DNA of 63,850 nt, filler included, from Lama guanicoe (lineage: Eukaryota): assembly GCA_013239625.1 (NCBI GenBank). It is 198 parts of 198 records of this genome, joined end to end, with 100 filler letters (N's around TTAATTAATTAA, not from the genome) between each part and the next. Parts side by side here need not be neighbours in the genome. Positions count along the whole stretch, not along the records: positions 13,564 to 13,786 come from PNXV01041326.1; positions 13,887 to 14,109 come from PNXV01041327.1; positions 14,210 to 14,432 come from PNXV01041328.1; positions 14,533 to 14,755 come from PNXV01041329.1; positions 14,856 to 15,078 come from PNXV01041330.1; positions 15,179 to 15,401 come from PNXV01041331.1; positions 15,502 to 15,724 come from PNXV01041332.1; positions 15,825 to 16,047 come from PNXV01041333.1; 190 more parts are not named here. One strand, given 5' to 3'. Below are positions 13,464 through 24,445 of the stretch, one piece after another. The notes under the pieces are model-generated. The model ran no database searches. It was not told the origin of the DNA and was given only the letters and a program-made list of their open reading frames with translations. How positions within the stretch are numbered: the stretch's first letter is position 1; each line of letters begins with the position of its first letter. The translations under genes and the position numbers were made by a program.

Positions 13464-13563
13464 NNNNNNNNNNNNNNNNNNNNNNNNNNNNNNNNNNNNN
13501 NNNNNNNTTAATTAATTAANNNNNNNNNNNNNNNNNNNNNNNNNNNNNNNNNNNNNNNNNNNN

Positions 13564-13786
13564 GTATGCAAACAAACTGGATACCCAGGAAGAAATGGAG
13601 AAGTTTTTGGAATCATTCAGCCCACCAATATTGCATCAAGGAGAAGTTACACATTGGAACACACAGATCACCAGAATTGGAATACAATTATCAATAAAAT
13701 TAAAAAAAAATCTCTGCAAACAAAATTCAAACCCAAAAGCTTCAACGGTGATATTGATGAAATATACAAAGAAAAATCCATACCAG
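13564..13786 (+). mobile_element. L1 ORF2 fragment (EN-RT linker region), degenerate
   Basis: Translates YANKLDTQEEMEKFLES, like L1 ORF2p YANKLENLEEMDKFLDT. Confidence 0.85.
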
Positions 13787-13886
13787 NNNNNNNNNNNNNN
13801 NNNNNNNNNNNNNNNNNNNNNNNNNNNNNNTTAATTAATTAANNNNNNNNNNNNNNNNNNNNNNNNNNNNNNNNNNNNNNNNNNNN

Positions 13887-14055
13887 CCCAAGTAGGGGGC
13901 AGTCGTGTGGGACTAAACCCTTAACTTACGGGACCGGATGCTACCTCCCGATAGATGGTGCCAGAACCGGACTAAATCACAGGGCAACCGACGAGTGTCA
14001 GAGACGTGCCTGGTGTGGGCAAAATGCCCACACGCATCGGGACTGGTGTCAGAAC
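13887..14055 (+). mobile_element. MER21-like ERV LTR fragment
   Basis: GGGGCAGTCGTGTGGGACTAAACCCTTAAC...GATAGATGGTGCCAGAA...TGGTGTGGGCAAAATGCCCACAC matches recalled MER21. Confidence 0.65.
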
Positions 14056-15501
14056 CACAGCTGGTGATCAGAAGTGGACTTGGTACCTGAATCACAGGAA
14101 CAGTTTCTCNNNNNNNNNNNNNNNNNNNNNNNNNNNNNNNNNNNNNNNNNNNNTTAATTAATTAANNNNNNNNNNNNNNNNNNNNNNNNNNNNNNNNNNN
14201 NNNNNNNNNAGCTCCTAAAGACCTGTGCTTTTCCTGCTTAGGGTCTTTGATGTTTCTAAAGCTTGTATGGTTGGCCTGCTCTTTCCAGCTTTACTGAGAG
14301 GATAGTTACTCGTTTCTGCTCTTTGCCTACACGTTGGTGGGCCTGCCTGTTAATGTGGTCTGCACATACAGATGTACTGAATTTAAAGAGTAGAATTGTA
14401 TTAATTGAACGGATATTAACTAAGAACATATTNNNNNNNNNNNNNNNNNNNNNNNNNNNNNNNNNNNNNNNNNNNNTTAATTAATTAANNNNNNNNNNNN
14501 NNNNNNNNNNNNNNNNNNNNNNNNNNNNNNNNGGAAAAGCTGAGCTGACATGTGTTGGGCATGGGAAGGAGGAGTATCTTACCAAAACCTTCCTGTAGAG
14601 ATCTTCCCAAACAGATACAAATTTGCCATTTTTCCAGGTAGACTTGGCAGAGAAAACAACATAATCAAAGGCATAACATGAACGAATGGAGTATTTTCAA
14701 GGATGTAAAGGCAGTGTGGTACTAATGGTACGTAATGTTTGCAGGCAAGAAAGAANNNNNNNNNNNNNNNNNNNNNNNNNNNNNNNNNNNNNNNNNNNNT
14801 TAATTAATTAANNNNNNNNNNNNNNNNNNNNNNNNNNNNNNNNNNNNNNNNNNNNCTTGAAGTTATAAATTGAATTTCCTTTATATTCTTCAAGATACGC
14901 AAAGAAAGATTAAAGTTCTTTTTAAGTTGCTTTTGCATCCTGGACTGTGCCCCTTTGTGAAACTGTATTGACACCATGCAATACGAGGTTGTAGGATCTG
15001 TTTGATATCATTTAATTTTGAATAATCAGAGGAAGTAGGCATTTTATTTTCATCATACACATGAGAAAACCGAGTTACNNNNNNNNNNNNNNNNNNNNNN
15101 NNNNNNNNNNNNNNNNNNNNNNTTAATTAATTAANNNNNNNNNNNNNNNNNNNNNNNNNNNNNNNNNNNNNNNNNNNNGAGTTTCTCCTGACCCTTCTCC
15201 TGTTCCTGTGGCCCCTGCAATGCTGTGAGGTCCTCTCCTTGCATTGGGTTTCTTTACAGAAAAGGAAAACAAGGCTCAGAGAAGAGAGAGCTCACAGAGT
15301 TCCACTGTTGGTTCAAGGCCAAGTCGGCTTTAAATCTAAATCTGTTTTTCCAATGAGACCTGGAGGGGATGGAAAAAGGCCACCATGGTCAGTAAGGATG
15401 GNNNNNNNNNNNNNNNNNNNNNNNNNNNNNNNNNNNNNNNNNNNNTTAATTAATTAANNNNNNNNNNNNNNNNNNNNNNNNNNNNNNNNNNNNNNNNNNN
15501 N

Positions 15502-15724
15502 TTTATTTTACATATAGTAGTCTGTGTCTGCTAATCCCAAACTCCCAATTTATCCCTCCCCCCTTTCCCCTTTATAACCATACATTTGTTTTCTATGTCT
15601 GTGAGTCTGCTTCTGTTTTGTCATAAGTTCATTTGCGTCCTTTTAGATTCCATATAAGTGATATATGATATTTGTCTTTGTCTGACTTACTTCACTCCGT
15701 ATGATAATCTCTAGGTCCATCCAT
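15502..15724 (-). mobile_element. L1 3' UTR/ORF2-end fragment
   Basis: TTTAGATTCCATATAAGTGATA...CTGACTTACTTCACT...ATAATCTCTAGGTCCATCCAT, canonical antisense L1 3' region. Confidence 0.9.
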
Positions 15725-16557
15725 NNNNNNNNNNNNNNNNNNNNNNNNNNNNNNNNNNNNNNNNNNNNTTAATTAATTAANNNNNNNNNNNNNNNNNNNN
15801 NNNNNNNNNNNNNNNNNNNNNNNNTTAAGCTGCGGCTGAAGTGCTTAGCCAGCAGAATAAACCTATTTTGTTTTCTTTCCCACAGCTCACGTATCTTTTT
15901 AGAGGCTGTGAGGCACAAGAAGAAAGCTTCCAAGGGCCTCGGGAAATGACACAAATCCGGATGAGTATGGCTTTCAGGAAACTCAAACTGCTCCCCTAGA
16001 TAAGATTTTACTGTACTTGCTGCAAGCCAGACTAATCTGGGGGTGAANNNNNNNNNNNNNNNNNNNNNNNNNNNNNNNNNNNNNNNNNNNNTTAATTAAT
16101 TAANNNNNNNNNNNNNNNNNNNNNNNNNNNNNNNNNNNNNNNNNNNNAGACCAGCCTGACATGTCCGGTAAGTCGGCGAACATCCCTGGAGGTTGACTTT
16201 TCTGCCGTCTGTGCTTAAATGCCACTGTGGGGCTAGGGAAAGGGTTAGCTTGTGGGTAGATGGAAGGCATGCTTCGGCCGCAGGTGTTCCTGGGCTCCAT
16301 CGCCAGGACATCCGTCGAAGGAAAGAAGCTACGTGCGAACCTAAAGTACCTCAAGACTGTAGGTCCAGATNNNNNNNNNNNNNNNNNNNNNNNNNNNNNN
16401 NNNNNNNNNNNNNNTTAATTAATTAANNNNNNNNNNNNNNNNNNNNNNNNNNNNNNNNNNNNNNNNNNNNGCACACCCAGCCCCTCACTGGCAACACTGA
16501 GCAGTCCTATGTGTCAAGAAAAAAATCACAACTGGCCCCCCGCCCCTCATCCCACAG

Positions 16558-16693
16558 GTCCTGGGCAGATAAATGATGTCCGAGTCTACACAGCAGATCT
16601 GGGCAGAACAGTGACCATCAGCTGCCCTTTCAAGGCTGCAAATTTGCAGAAGAAGAAATCGGTGTGCAAGATGATGAGCCAGAGCTGTGTCCT
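16558..16693 (+). CDS. PIGR: Polymeric immunoglobulin receptor, 5' part of the exon encoding Ig domain 2 (partial, phase-1 acceptor)
   Basis: CCCCTCATCCCACAG| acceptor, then GPGQINDVRVYTADLGRTVTISCPFKAANLQKKKSVCKMMSQSCV. This matches recalled human PIGR D2 start GPGLLNDTKVYTVDLGRTVTINCPFKTENAQKRKSL. Confidence 0.9.
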
Positions 16694-17116
16694 NNNNNNN
16701 NNNNNNNNNNNNNNNNNNNNNNNNNNNNNNNNNNNNNTTAATTAATTAANNNNNNNNNNNNNNNNNNNNNNNNNNNNNNNNNNNNNNNNNNNNCCTCAGT
16801 TCTGCTCTCACATACAGGTTGACCTTGGGCCATCTCTCCTCTGAGAAGGAAACACGTCCTCCTCTCCTGGGCCAAGATGATCTTCGGAAGCCTTTCTAGG
16901 GCTGCTCCTGACCGGGCAGGAACATTCCCATTTCTCTGCAGACCAAGTGCCTCCATCCACACCCCGATGTGGACCCCCTCCCTAAGTCATGCTTGCTCCC
17001 TTCCCATCTGCAGATGNNNNNNNNNNNNNNNNNNNNNNNNNNNNNNNNNNNNNNNNNNNNTTAATTAATTAANNNNNNNNNNNNNNNNNNNNNNNNNNNN
17101 NNNNNNNNNNNNNNNN

Positions 17117-17339
17117 CACCTGAGCCCGACCGGTGCCCCCTGCCTCCCCTCCCGGGAGGGGCGCGCGGGGCCGTGGCCAGGCTGCAGCTCCAGACGCACA
17201 GCGGGCGCGCCGCGCACCCGGTCCTCCTGGGAGCCTCACCTGGCGGCGTCCTGGAGAAGCAGGCAGAGCCTTCTCACGCGCGCGGGTGGGTGGAGGCACG
17301 TGGGGATCCTGCTAGGGTCACGAGTGCCCCTCGCTCTCA
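17117..17339. promoter_or_regulatory. CpG-island-like fragment
   Basis: Very GC-rich with dense CpG (GGCGCGCGGGG, GGGCGCGCCGCGC, CACGCGCGCGGG), unlike the other contigs. Confidence 0.6.
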
Positions 17340-17439
17340 NNNNNNNNNNNNNNNNNNNNNNNNNNNNNNNNNNNNNNNNNNNNTTAATTAATTAANNNNN
17401 NNNNNNNNNNNNNNNNNNNNNNNNNNNNNNNNNNNNNNN

Positions 17440-17662
17440 ATTATGTGCAAGAAACTACTGATGGGAGGTTGAGTAAAAAGTGAAAAAATGACCCTTCTGA
17501 TATTAAATAAAGCCTAAATCACTGGATAGGCATGCCATGCTGATATAGTTAAGATGTCAATTCTCAGTTTACCTGCAGATTTAAAGCAGTCCTAATCAAA
17601 ACTCCAGCAAGCATTTTTTTTTGCAGAAATTGACAACCTGGTTCTAAAATTTATATGAAAAT
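17440..17662 (+). mobile_element. Old L1 ORF2 fragment
   Basis: ATAGTTAAGATGTCAATTCTC...CTAATCAAAACTCCAGCA...GCAGAAATTGACAACCTGGTTCTAAAATTTATATGAAAA. Confidence 0.75.
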
Positions 17663-18408
17663 NNNNNNNNNNNNNNNNNNNNNNNNNNNNNNNNNNNNNN
17701 NNNNNNTTAATTAATTAANNNNNNNNNNNNNNNNNNNNNNNNNNNNNNNNNNNNNNNNNNNNCCACATAAACACATATAAAATAAGTTTAATCTGATTGT
17801 TTGAAATAATTTTCTGCTACCTCTTATTCTTTTGAATAAAGTAGAATGTATACATAACAGAGAAAAAAACAATTTTTTAAACTAAGAAGTATTTTATCTT
17901 AGCTTATCTGAAAGTTATTTTACTTCTTCACAACTTACTGTCTTCACTTGTATTCACTTGTCTTCAAATAAACTGATACTTGAAGNNNNNNNNNNNNNNN
18001 NNNNNNNNNNNNNNNNNNNNNNNNNNNNNTTAATTAATTAANNNNNNNNNNNNNNNNNNNNNNNNNNNNNNNNNNNNNNNNNNNNCACAGTCAGAAACAG
18101 AGTGCCCAGGTGTGCACCAGCGCGTCCAGCTTTCGCCCAGAGGTGACACACCACCCTGTTTCACATCTCACTGACCACAGCAAGCTCTCTACAGCTTTAG
18201 TGGAATGTGGATGTGCAGTCTGTCCACAGGCCCTGGAAGAGAACAGCACTAATGACCACTGCATTTGGCCCCTCCAGCTGCCGGCTGCTCACTCACTTTC
18301 CTTGCCACNNNNNNNNNNNNNNNNNNNNNNNNNNNNNNNNNNNNNNNNNNNNTTAATTAATTAANNNNNNNNNNNNNNNNNNNNNNNNNNNNNNNNNNNN
18401 NNNNNNNN

Positions 18409-18631
18409 CCCCTCTTCCCCTTCCCCTGGTAACAACCATTCTACTTTCTGCTTCTTTGAGTTGAACTGTTCCACACACCTTACATAAGTAGAATCATACA
18501 ATACTTGTCCCTTGATGACGGATTTATTTCAATTTAGCATAATCTCTCTCTCATTTTCTTAAAGGACAATTTTGCTGAATATAGAATTCTTAGTTGACAG
18601 CGTTTCCCCTCCTAGCCCTGTAAACACGCCA
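18409..18631 (-). mobile_element. Old L1 fragments
   Basis: CCCTGGTAACAACCATTCTACTTTCTG...CATAAGTAGAATCATACAATACTTGTCC, antisense L1M 3' motif. Confidence 0.7.
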
Positions 18632-19700
18632 NNNNNNNNNNNNNNNNNNNNNNNNNNNNNNNNNNNNNNNNNNNNTTAATTAATTAANNNNNNNNNNNNN
18701 NNNNNNNNNNNNNNNNNNNNNNNNNNNNNNNTGTGGTCTTCTTGCCCCTCATCTCAGTGTCACAAGACCCTTCTCCAGGGCTAGAGGAGTTCTGAGGTTT
18801 TACCCATGAACTTAAAGAGATTATAATTGTGATGAGTTACGGAATCGTGGTTGGGTCGCTCAGCTCAGAGTTGGCGAGCCCTTCGCACCTTCCCTTCTAG
18901 TGCCGTTCTCGATGAGTCTTGTTTCAAATAATAAGTCTATGGTCCTATAATCCANNNNNNNNNNNNNNNNNNNNNNNNNNNNNNNNNNNNNNNNNNNNTT
19001 AATTAATTAANNNNNNNNNNNNNNNNNNNNNNNNNNNNNNNNNNNNNNNNNNNNACCCTGCCCTAAAGTTCTTCCCTATAAGTTCAGGCCTCAGTTGGAG
19101 TTCCGGTTTATCATAATGGAGTCTTTCTCAGCAGAATTAAATCTACCGCAGAGTGGGATTCAGAATGCGCCTTGCTGCCGTAAACCTATGTCTTATGTGT
19201 CCAGGATGATCTCCACATTCCTGAGGTGTCCAGATCCCAGAATTCTCCCTTCCTTTTCTCCACTTCTCTGGAGCATCNNNNNNNNNNNNNNNNNNNNNNN
19301 NNNNNNNNNNNNNNNNNNNNNTTAATTAATTAANNNNNNNNNNNNNNNNNNNNNNNNNNNNNNNNNNNNNNNNNNNNCTCTGACCCTCTTTTCCCCGCTG
19401 TCCATTCTCTCTCCTGAGCTTCCTGGCTTCCTACTTTTCATTCTGGAATGAAATCTCAGGCCAGACCGCAGAGCTTGGAGGGCTGTACACAGGCTTTTAT
19501 TGCTCATTAATGATCTAAACCAGACATAGTTACTGAGAAGTGCACTTTCAAAGCATTTATTTGATCAACACAATTTACTGCCTCTGTCCCTCTCTTGCAG
19601 NNNNNNNNNNNNNNNNNNNNNNNNNNNNNNNNNNNNNNNNNNNNTTAATTAATTAANNNNNNNNNNNNNNNNNNNNNNNNNNNNNNNNNNNNNNNNNNNN

Positions 19701-19923
19701 TTATTAGAAAATATTTGCTGTATCCCCCGTGTTGTACATTATATCCTTGAGCTTATTTTATTCCTAATAGTGTATACCTCTCAATCCCCTACCCCTGCAT
19801 TGCCCTCCCCTCTCCCTTCTTCCTACTGGCAGCCACTAGTTTGTCCTCTACATCACTGAGTTTGCTTTGTCGTCGTTGTTATAATCACTAGTTTGTTGTA
19901 TTTTTGAGGTTCCACATATAAGT
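19701..19923 (-). mobile_element. L1 3' UTR fragment
   Basis: CCCCGTGTTGTACATTATATCCTTG...CCACTAGTTTGT...GTTCCACATATAAGT. Confidence 0.8.
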
Positions 19924-20992
19924 NNNNNNNNNNNNNNNNNNNNNNNNNNNNNNNNNNNNNNNNNNNNTTAATTAATTAANNNNNNNNNNNNNNNNNNNNN
20001 NNNNNNNNNNNNNNNNNNNNNNNATTTTTGACTGGACAGAATGTACTTTTGAGTTTCCTCACACAGTACCATCAGCCCTCGGTGTGAACGGGGTTGTGAT
20101 GGAGGTGGGGCCCGAGAGTTGAAGAGTAACCTGCTCTCTCCTTCCATCACTGAGTCATGAATGCTCAGTGGAACACACGGAGGTTGTGGCCATTGTCACC
20201 CTTGTGAAACCACCAGCCCAGCCAATCCCAGCTATGTTCCAGTGACNNNNNNNNNNNNNNNNNNNNNNNNNNNNNNNNNNNNNNNNNNNNTTAATTAATT
20301 AANNNNNNNNNNNNNNNNNNNNNNNNNNNNNNNNNNNNNNNNNNNNAGGTCAGTCTTTGCTGATGAGGGAGAATTCCTTTCTCATATTGAATCTCTGTCT
20401 TTACCCTTTGTGCTGTATTGAGGGTTCAACCTCAAGATGGATGCTCTTCCTCATGGAGTTTATATGGAAACCCGCGTCCGGGCAGCGGTCCCCCAGGAGG
20501 CTGAGGGAGCGGGGGAGACGCCTTTGCCCCGGGGACACCGCAGAGGGCAGCGCGTGGGGTGCTGGCCACNNNNNNNNNNNNNNNNNNNNNNNNNNNNNNN
20601 NNNNNNNNNNNNNTTAATTAATTAANNNNNNNNNNNNNNNNNNNNNNNNNNNNNNNNNNNNNNNNNNNNATACCCATAATGACTGTACTGTAATTAATAC
20701 ACAGTGATGATTGTTTTTCATACTTTTTAATTTTTTTTTGGAAACAGTCACCTTTTTAAAAGAGAAGGGGTGAGTAAATTAACTACCTCACTGACTTCTT
20801 GAGTAGAGTGTGGTGCATTATCCACCTCTGCAGTCGTGAGCTTAAACTCCAATCAAATATAGAATGATTCACAGATTAAACTGAAAGACAATNNNNNNNN
20901 NNNNNNNNNNNNNNNNNNNNNNNNNNNNNNNNNNNNTTAATTAATTAANNNNNNNNNNNNNNNNNNNNNNNNNNNNNNNNNNNNNNNNNNNN

Positions 20993-21215
20993 TCAAGCAA
21001 AAGACAAACGAAGATGTTAGGGGTGAGGGGAAGCCAGTTACAAGAGGTTACTAGGAAAATCACAAGAAACAAAGTTAAGGGTATTATGCAAATTTAAGTT
21101 GTTGGTTTCTCTGCTGATAAGAGTTTCTAGAGATATATAGTCACCCTTCTCTTCCTGGTACAGAAAATGAGAAAGTCTTATAAATGGAGATTTCCCTTAC
21201 AATGTAAATATCTCT
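20993..21215. mobile_element. Probable ERV LTR fragment
   Basis: GATAAGAGTTTCTAGAGAT...CTTCCTGGTACAG...AAATGGAGATTTCCCTTACAATGTAAAT resembles recalled MER34/MER39-class LTRs. Confidence 0.4.
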
Positions 21216-21315
21216 NNNNNNNNNNNNNNNNNNNNNNNNNNNNNNNNNNNNNNNNNNNNTTAATTAATTAANNNNNNNNNNNNNNNNNNNNNNNNNNNNN
21301 NNNNNNNNNNNNNNN

Positions 21316-21538
21316 ACTATGTACAACAGCCAGGACACAGAAGCAACCTAAATGTCCACTGACAGATGAGTGGATAAGGAAGATGTCGTATATGCACACA
21401 ATGAAATACTACTCAGCCATAAAAAAGAATGAAGTAATGTCATTTCCAGTAATACAGTTGGAAATGTCATTTATCATACTAAGTGAAGTAAGTCAGAGAA
21501 AGACAAATACATCACTTGCATGTGGAATCTAAAAAAAA
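21316..21538 (+). mobile_element. L1 ORF2 C-terminus/3' UTR fragment
   Basis: AAGCAACCTAAATGTCCACTGACAGATGAGTGGATAAG...TACTACTCAGCCATAAAAAAGAATGAA...TACTAAGTGAAGTAAGTCAG. Confidence 0.92.
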
Positions 21539-22329
21539 NNNNNNNNNNNNNNNNNNNNNNNNNNNNNNNNNNNNNNNNNNNNTTAATTAATTAANNNNNN
21601 NNNNNNNNNNNNNNNNNNNNNNNNNNNNNNNNNNNNNNTACATAGTTCCCAGAAAACTCAACGTGGATGTTTTCCATGAAAATATTTTTATTAATGCTTC
21701 AGAACTGAGAGCATACAAAATAAATTCAGCAGAATGGCATATCAACTACAGTCACCACCAGGAGCACATTATTAGGGATGTTACTAATACCAAAATGAAT
21801 TGTTTGCATTTCACTTGCACTCAAAACTGTTCAGAAACTCTGGATTTTCTGTTGCTCGTGTNNNNNNNNNNNNNNNNNNNNNNNNNNNNNNNNNNNNNNN
21901 NNNNNTTAATTAATTAANNNNNNNNNNNNNNNNNNNNNNNNNNNNNNNNNNNNNNNNNNNNCAGCCATGGCCCCTGGAACTCTTATTCGGGCTCCATTCT
22001 ACCCCCTCCCGACACTTTCAACTCCCACCCGGCAGTTAGTTTTGCCTCTTGACAGTTAACCTCTCAGTCTTTCCTGCCTCCAGCAAGCACTCCTGGCCCC
22101 CGCAGCTTCACCCACTCCTCAGACCACTGTCTGTCTTCTCCTGTTCTTCTTATTCTAGAACAACCCATCCCCCAGTAGAGTGACNNNNNNNNNNNNNNNN
22201 NNNNNNNNNNNNNNNNNNNNNNNNNNNNTTAATTAATTAANNNNNNNNNNNNNNNNNNNNNNNNNNNNNNNNNNNNNNNNNNNNGTGTGCCTCATTTAAC
22301 AGTGGCATTTTATTTCGACAGCCCTCTGG

Positions 22330-22507
22330 TTCTGAAAATAAGCCCCACTGGTTTTCAAAGCCTAATATTCTAGGGGCTCATCTTTCTGGCATAGGACCCA
22401 TCTGAGGATCGCATTGTGAGATTTGATCCCCTGTGCTCCTTAAGGAGAACTTCTGCAATTGTAATTATTCTATTTGTGGGTCCCCTACCCCAAGGGTATA
22501 AGACTGG
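22330..22507 (-). mobile_element. L1 5' UTR fragment
   Basis: AAGCCCCACTGGTTTTCAAAGCC...GGAGAACTTCTGCAATTGTAATTATTCT; its start overlaps the end of contig 45540. Confidence 0.65.
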
Positions 22508-22607
22508 NNNNNNNNNNNNNNNNNNNNNNNNNNNNNNNNNNNNNNNNNNNNTTAATTAATTAANNNNNNNNNNNNNNNNNNNNNNNNNNNNNNNNNNNNN
22601 NNNNNNN

Positions 22608-22789
22608 TATATATAAAAAAGACAAACAACAAAGTCCTACTATATAGCACAGGGAAACTATATACAGTACTTTGTAATAAACCATAATGAAAAAGAACGT
22701 GTATATATAGATGTATAACTCAACCACTATGTTGTACACCAGAAACTAACACAACATTGTAAATCAAATATACATCAAATTAAAAAAAA
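22608..22789 (+). mobile_element. L1 extreme 3' end with poly-A
   Basis: CAAACAACAAAGTCCTACTATATAGCACAGGGAA...GTACACCAGAAACTAACACAACATTGTAAATCAA...TAAAAAAAA. Confidence 0.9.
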
Positions 22790-23659
22790 TCTATGATTTC
22801 TATCTACAGACTATTTAAAGCAAAGACCAGNNNNNNNNNNNNNNNNNNNNNNNNNNNNNNNNNNNNNNNNNNNNTTAATTAATTAANNNNNNNNNNNNNN
22901 NNNNNNNNNNNNNNNNNNNNNNNNNNNNNNCCATATACCAAAACTGTGCATGGGGTAAACTGCTGGATTCTGTAAAACACAAAATGAGGACTAGGAGGAA
23001 GGGAAATAAGTGAAAATCCTGGCATAACATTGAACTGAGTTTCTGAACCAATTCACCTAGTTAGGAAAGGCATAGTGATTATTATGAGTCTTCCCAGGCT
23101 CTCTAAAAACATGATTATCCTAAATTTGTTCCATTCTAGTTAAAAATAGTTTGNNNNNNNNNNNNNNNNNNNNNNNNNNNNNNNNNNNNNNNNNNNNTTA
23201 ATTAATTAANNNNNNNNNNNNNNNNNNNNNNNNNNNNNNNNNNNNNNNNNNNNCTCCAAGGGCAACTAAAAACTAGCTTAAAATAATGTTTTAGTTCTTA
23301 AAATCACCCCCTATTGTCTGTTTTAACTTACCAGCATAAGTGCCCAAAATTCTAATGTTAGAATCCCAGGAGCTATCCTTCACTAGAGCAGAGGATCTTC
23401 AGCCTGGGAACTCAGACTCCCAAACAAAATTATCTGCACAGCCCATCAGGCCTTACTTGATATTCATAAAACATCTNNNNNNNNNNNNNNNNNNNNNNNN
23501 NNNNNNNNNNNNNNNNNNNNTTAATTAATTAANNNNNNNNNNNNNNNNNNNNNNNNNNNNNNNNNNNNNNNNNNNNAGGCCACACCCCCAGGCCAATTAA
23601 ATCACGTTCGCGGGCCCCCCAGATGCTTCTGACATGGCGTCGCAGTCGAGAAGGCAGGT

Positions 23660-23795
23660 CCAGAGCAGCACTTCTCGGGTTTCAATTTGCACCGAGTCCC
23701 CTGGGTCAAGGAGTCTCGGACAAGCCCGAGATTCTGCATTTCTAAAAAGTTCCCAGGTGACGCTAATGCTACTGGTCTGAGGACCACACAGCAAT
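23660..23795. mobile_element. MER5A-like hAT-Charlie MITE fragment
   Basis: GAGATTCTGCATTTCTAAAAAGTTCCCAGGTGACGCTAATGCTACTGGTCTGAGGACCACAC. Confidence 0.8.
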
Positions 23796-24222
23796 TTGCN
23801 NNNNNNNNNNNNNNNNNNNNNNNNNNNNNNNNNNNNNNNNNNNTTAATTAATTAANNNNNNNNNNNNNNNNNNNNNNNNNNNNNNNNNNNNNNNNNNNNT
23901 TAGTTAATACCTTAATGTTCCCAGTACACATTTAGCACTGTGTTAGTGATTACTATTTCAGTTTTTTTTTCAGTTTTCTTTCGTTTAAAGCACATCAAGA
24001 ATAGCTGTGGATTCCAATATTTAGGTTACAATATATCTCCTTTTGGCACCTCCTATCAACCTGAAAAACAGGACTAATAACTACCTACCTCACAATTGTC
24101 TGTGGGATTAAATAAGTGAGTGNNNNNNNNNNNNNNNNNNNNNNNNNNNNNNNNNNNNNNNNNNNNTTAATTAATTAANNNNNNNNNNNNNNNNNNNNNN
24201 NNNNNNNNNNNNNNNNNNNNNN

Positions 24223-24445
24223 ATAGAGACAGAAAGCAGATTAGAGGTTACCAGGGGCTGGGAGGAGAAAGAATGGGGAGTCACAGCTTAGTGGGTACAG
24301 AGCTTCTGATTGGGGTTATGGAAAAATTTTGGAAACTGTGGTGCTGGTTGCACAACCTTTTGAATGTAATTAATGCTACTGAATTGTACACTTAAAATGC
24401 TTAAAGTGGAATATTCACCATTTTGCCACAATAAAGAAAAAAGTC
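24223..24445 (+). mobile_element. L1MB/MC-type 3' end
   Basis: ATAGAGACAGAAAGCAGATTAGAGGTTACCAGGGGCTGG...GAATTGTACACTTAAAATG. Confidence 0.85.

Noticed and set aside
17069..17391. Three overlapping Arg/Pro/Gly-rich ORFs
   Set aside because: Typical by-product of a CpG-island-like fragment; no evidence of coding.
21639..21861. Contig-long open frame in AT-rich DNA
   Set aside because: No recognisable homology or splice signals; within chance expectation.
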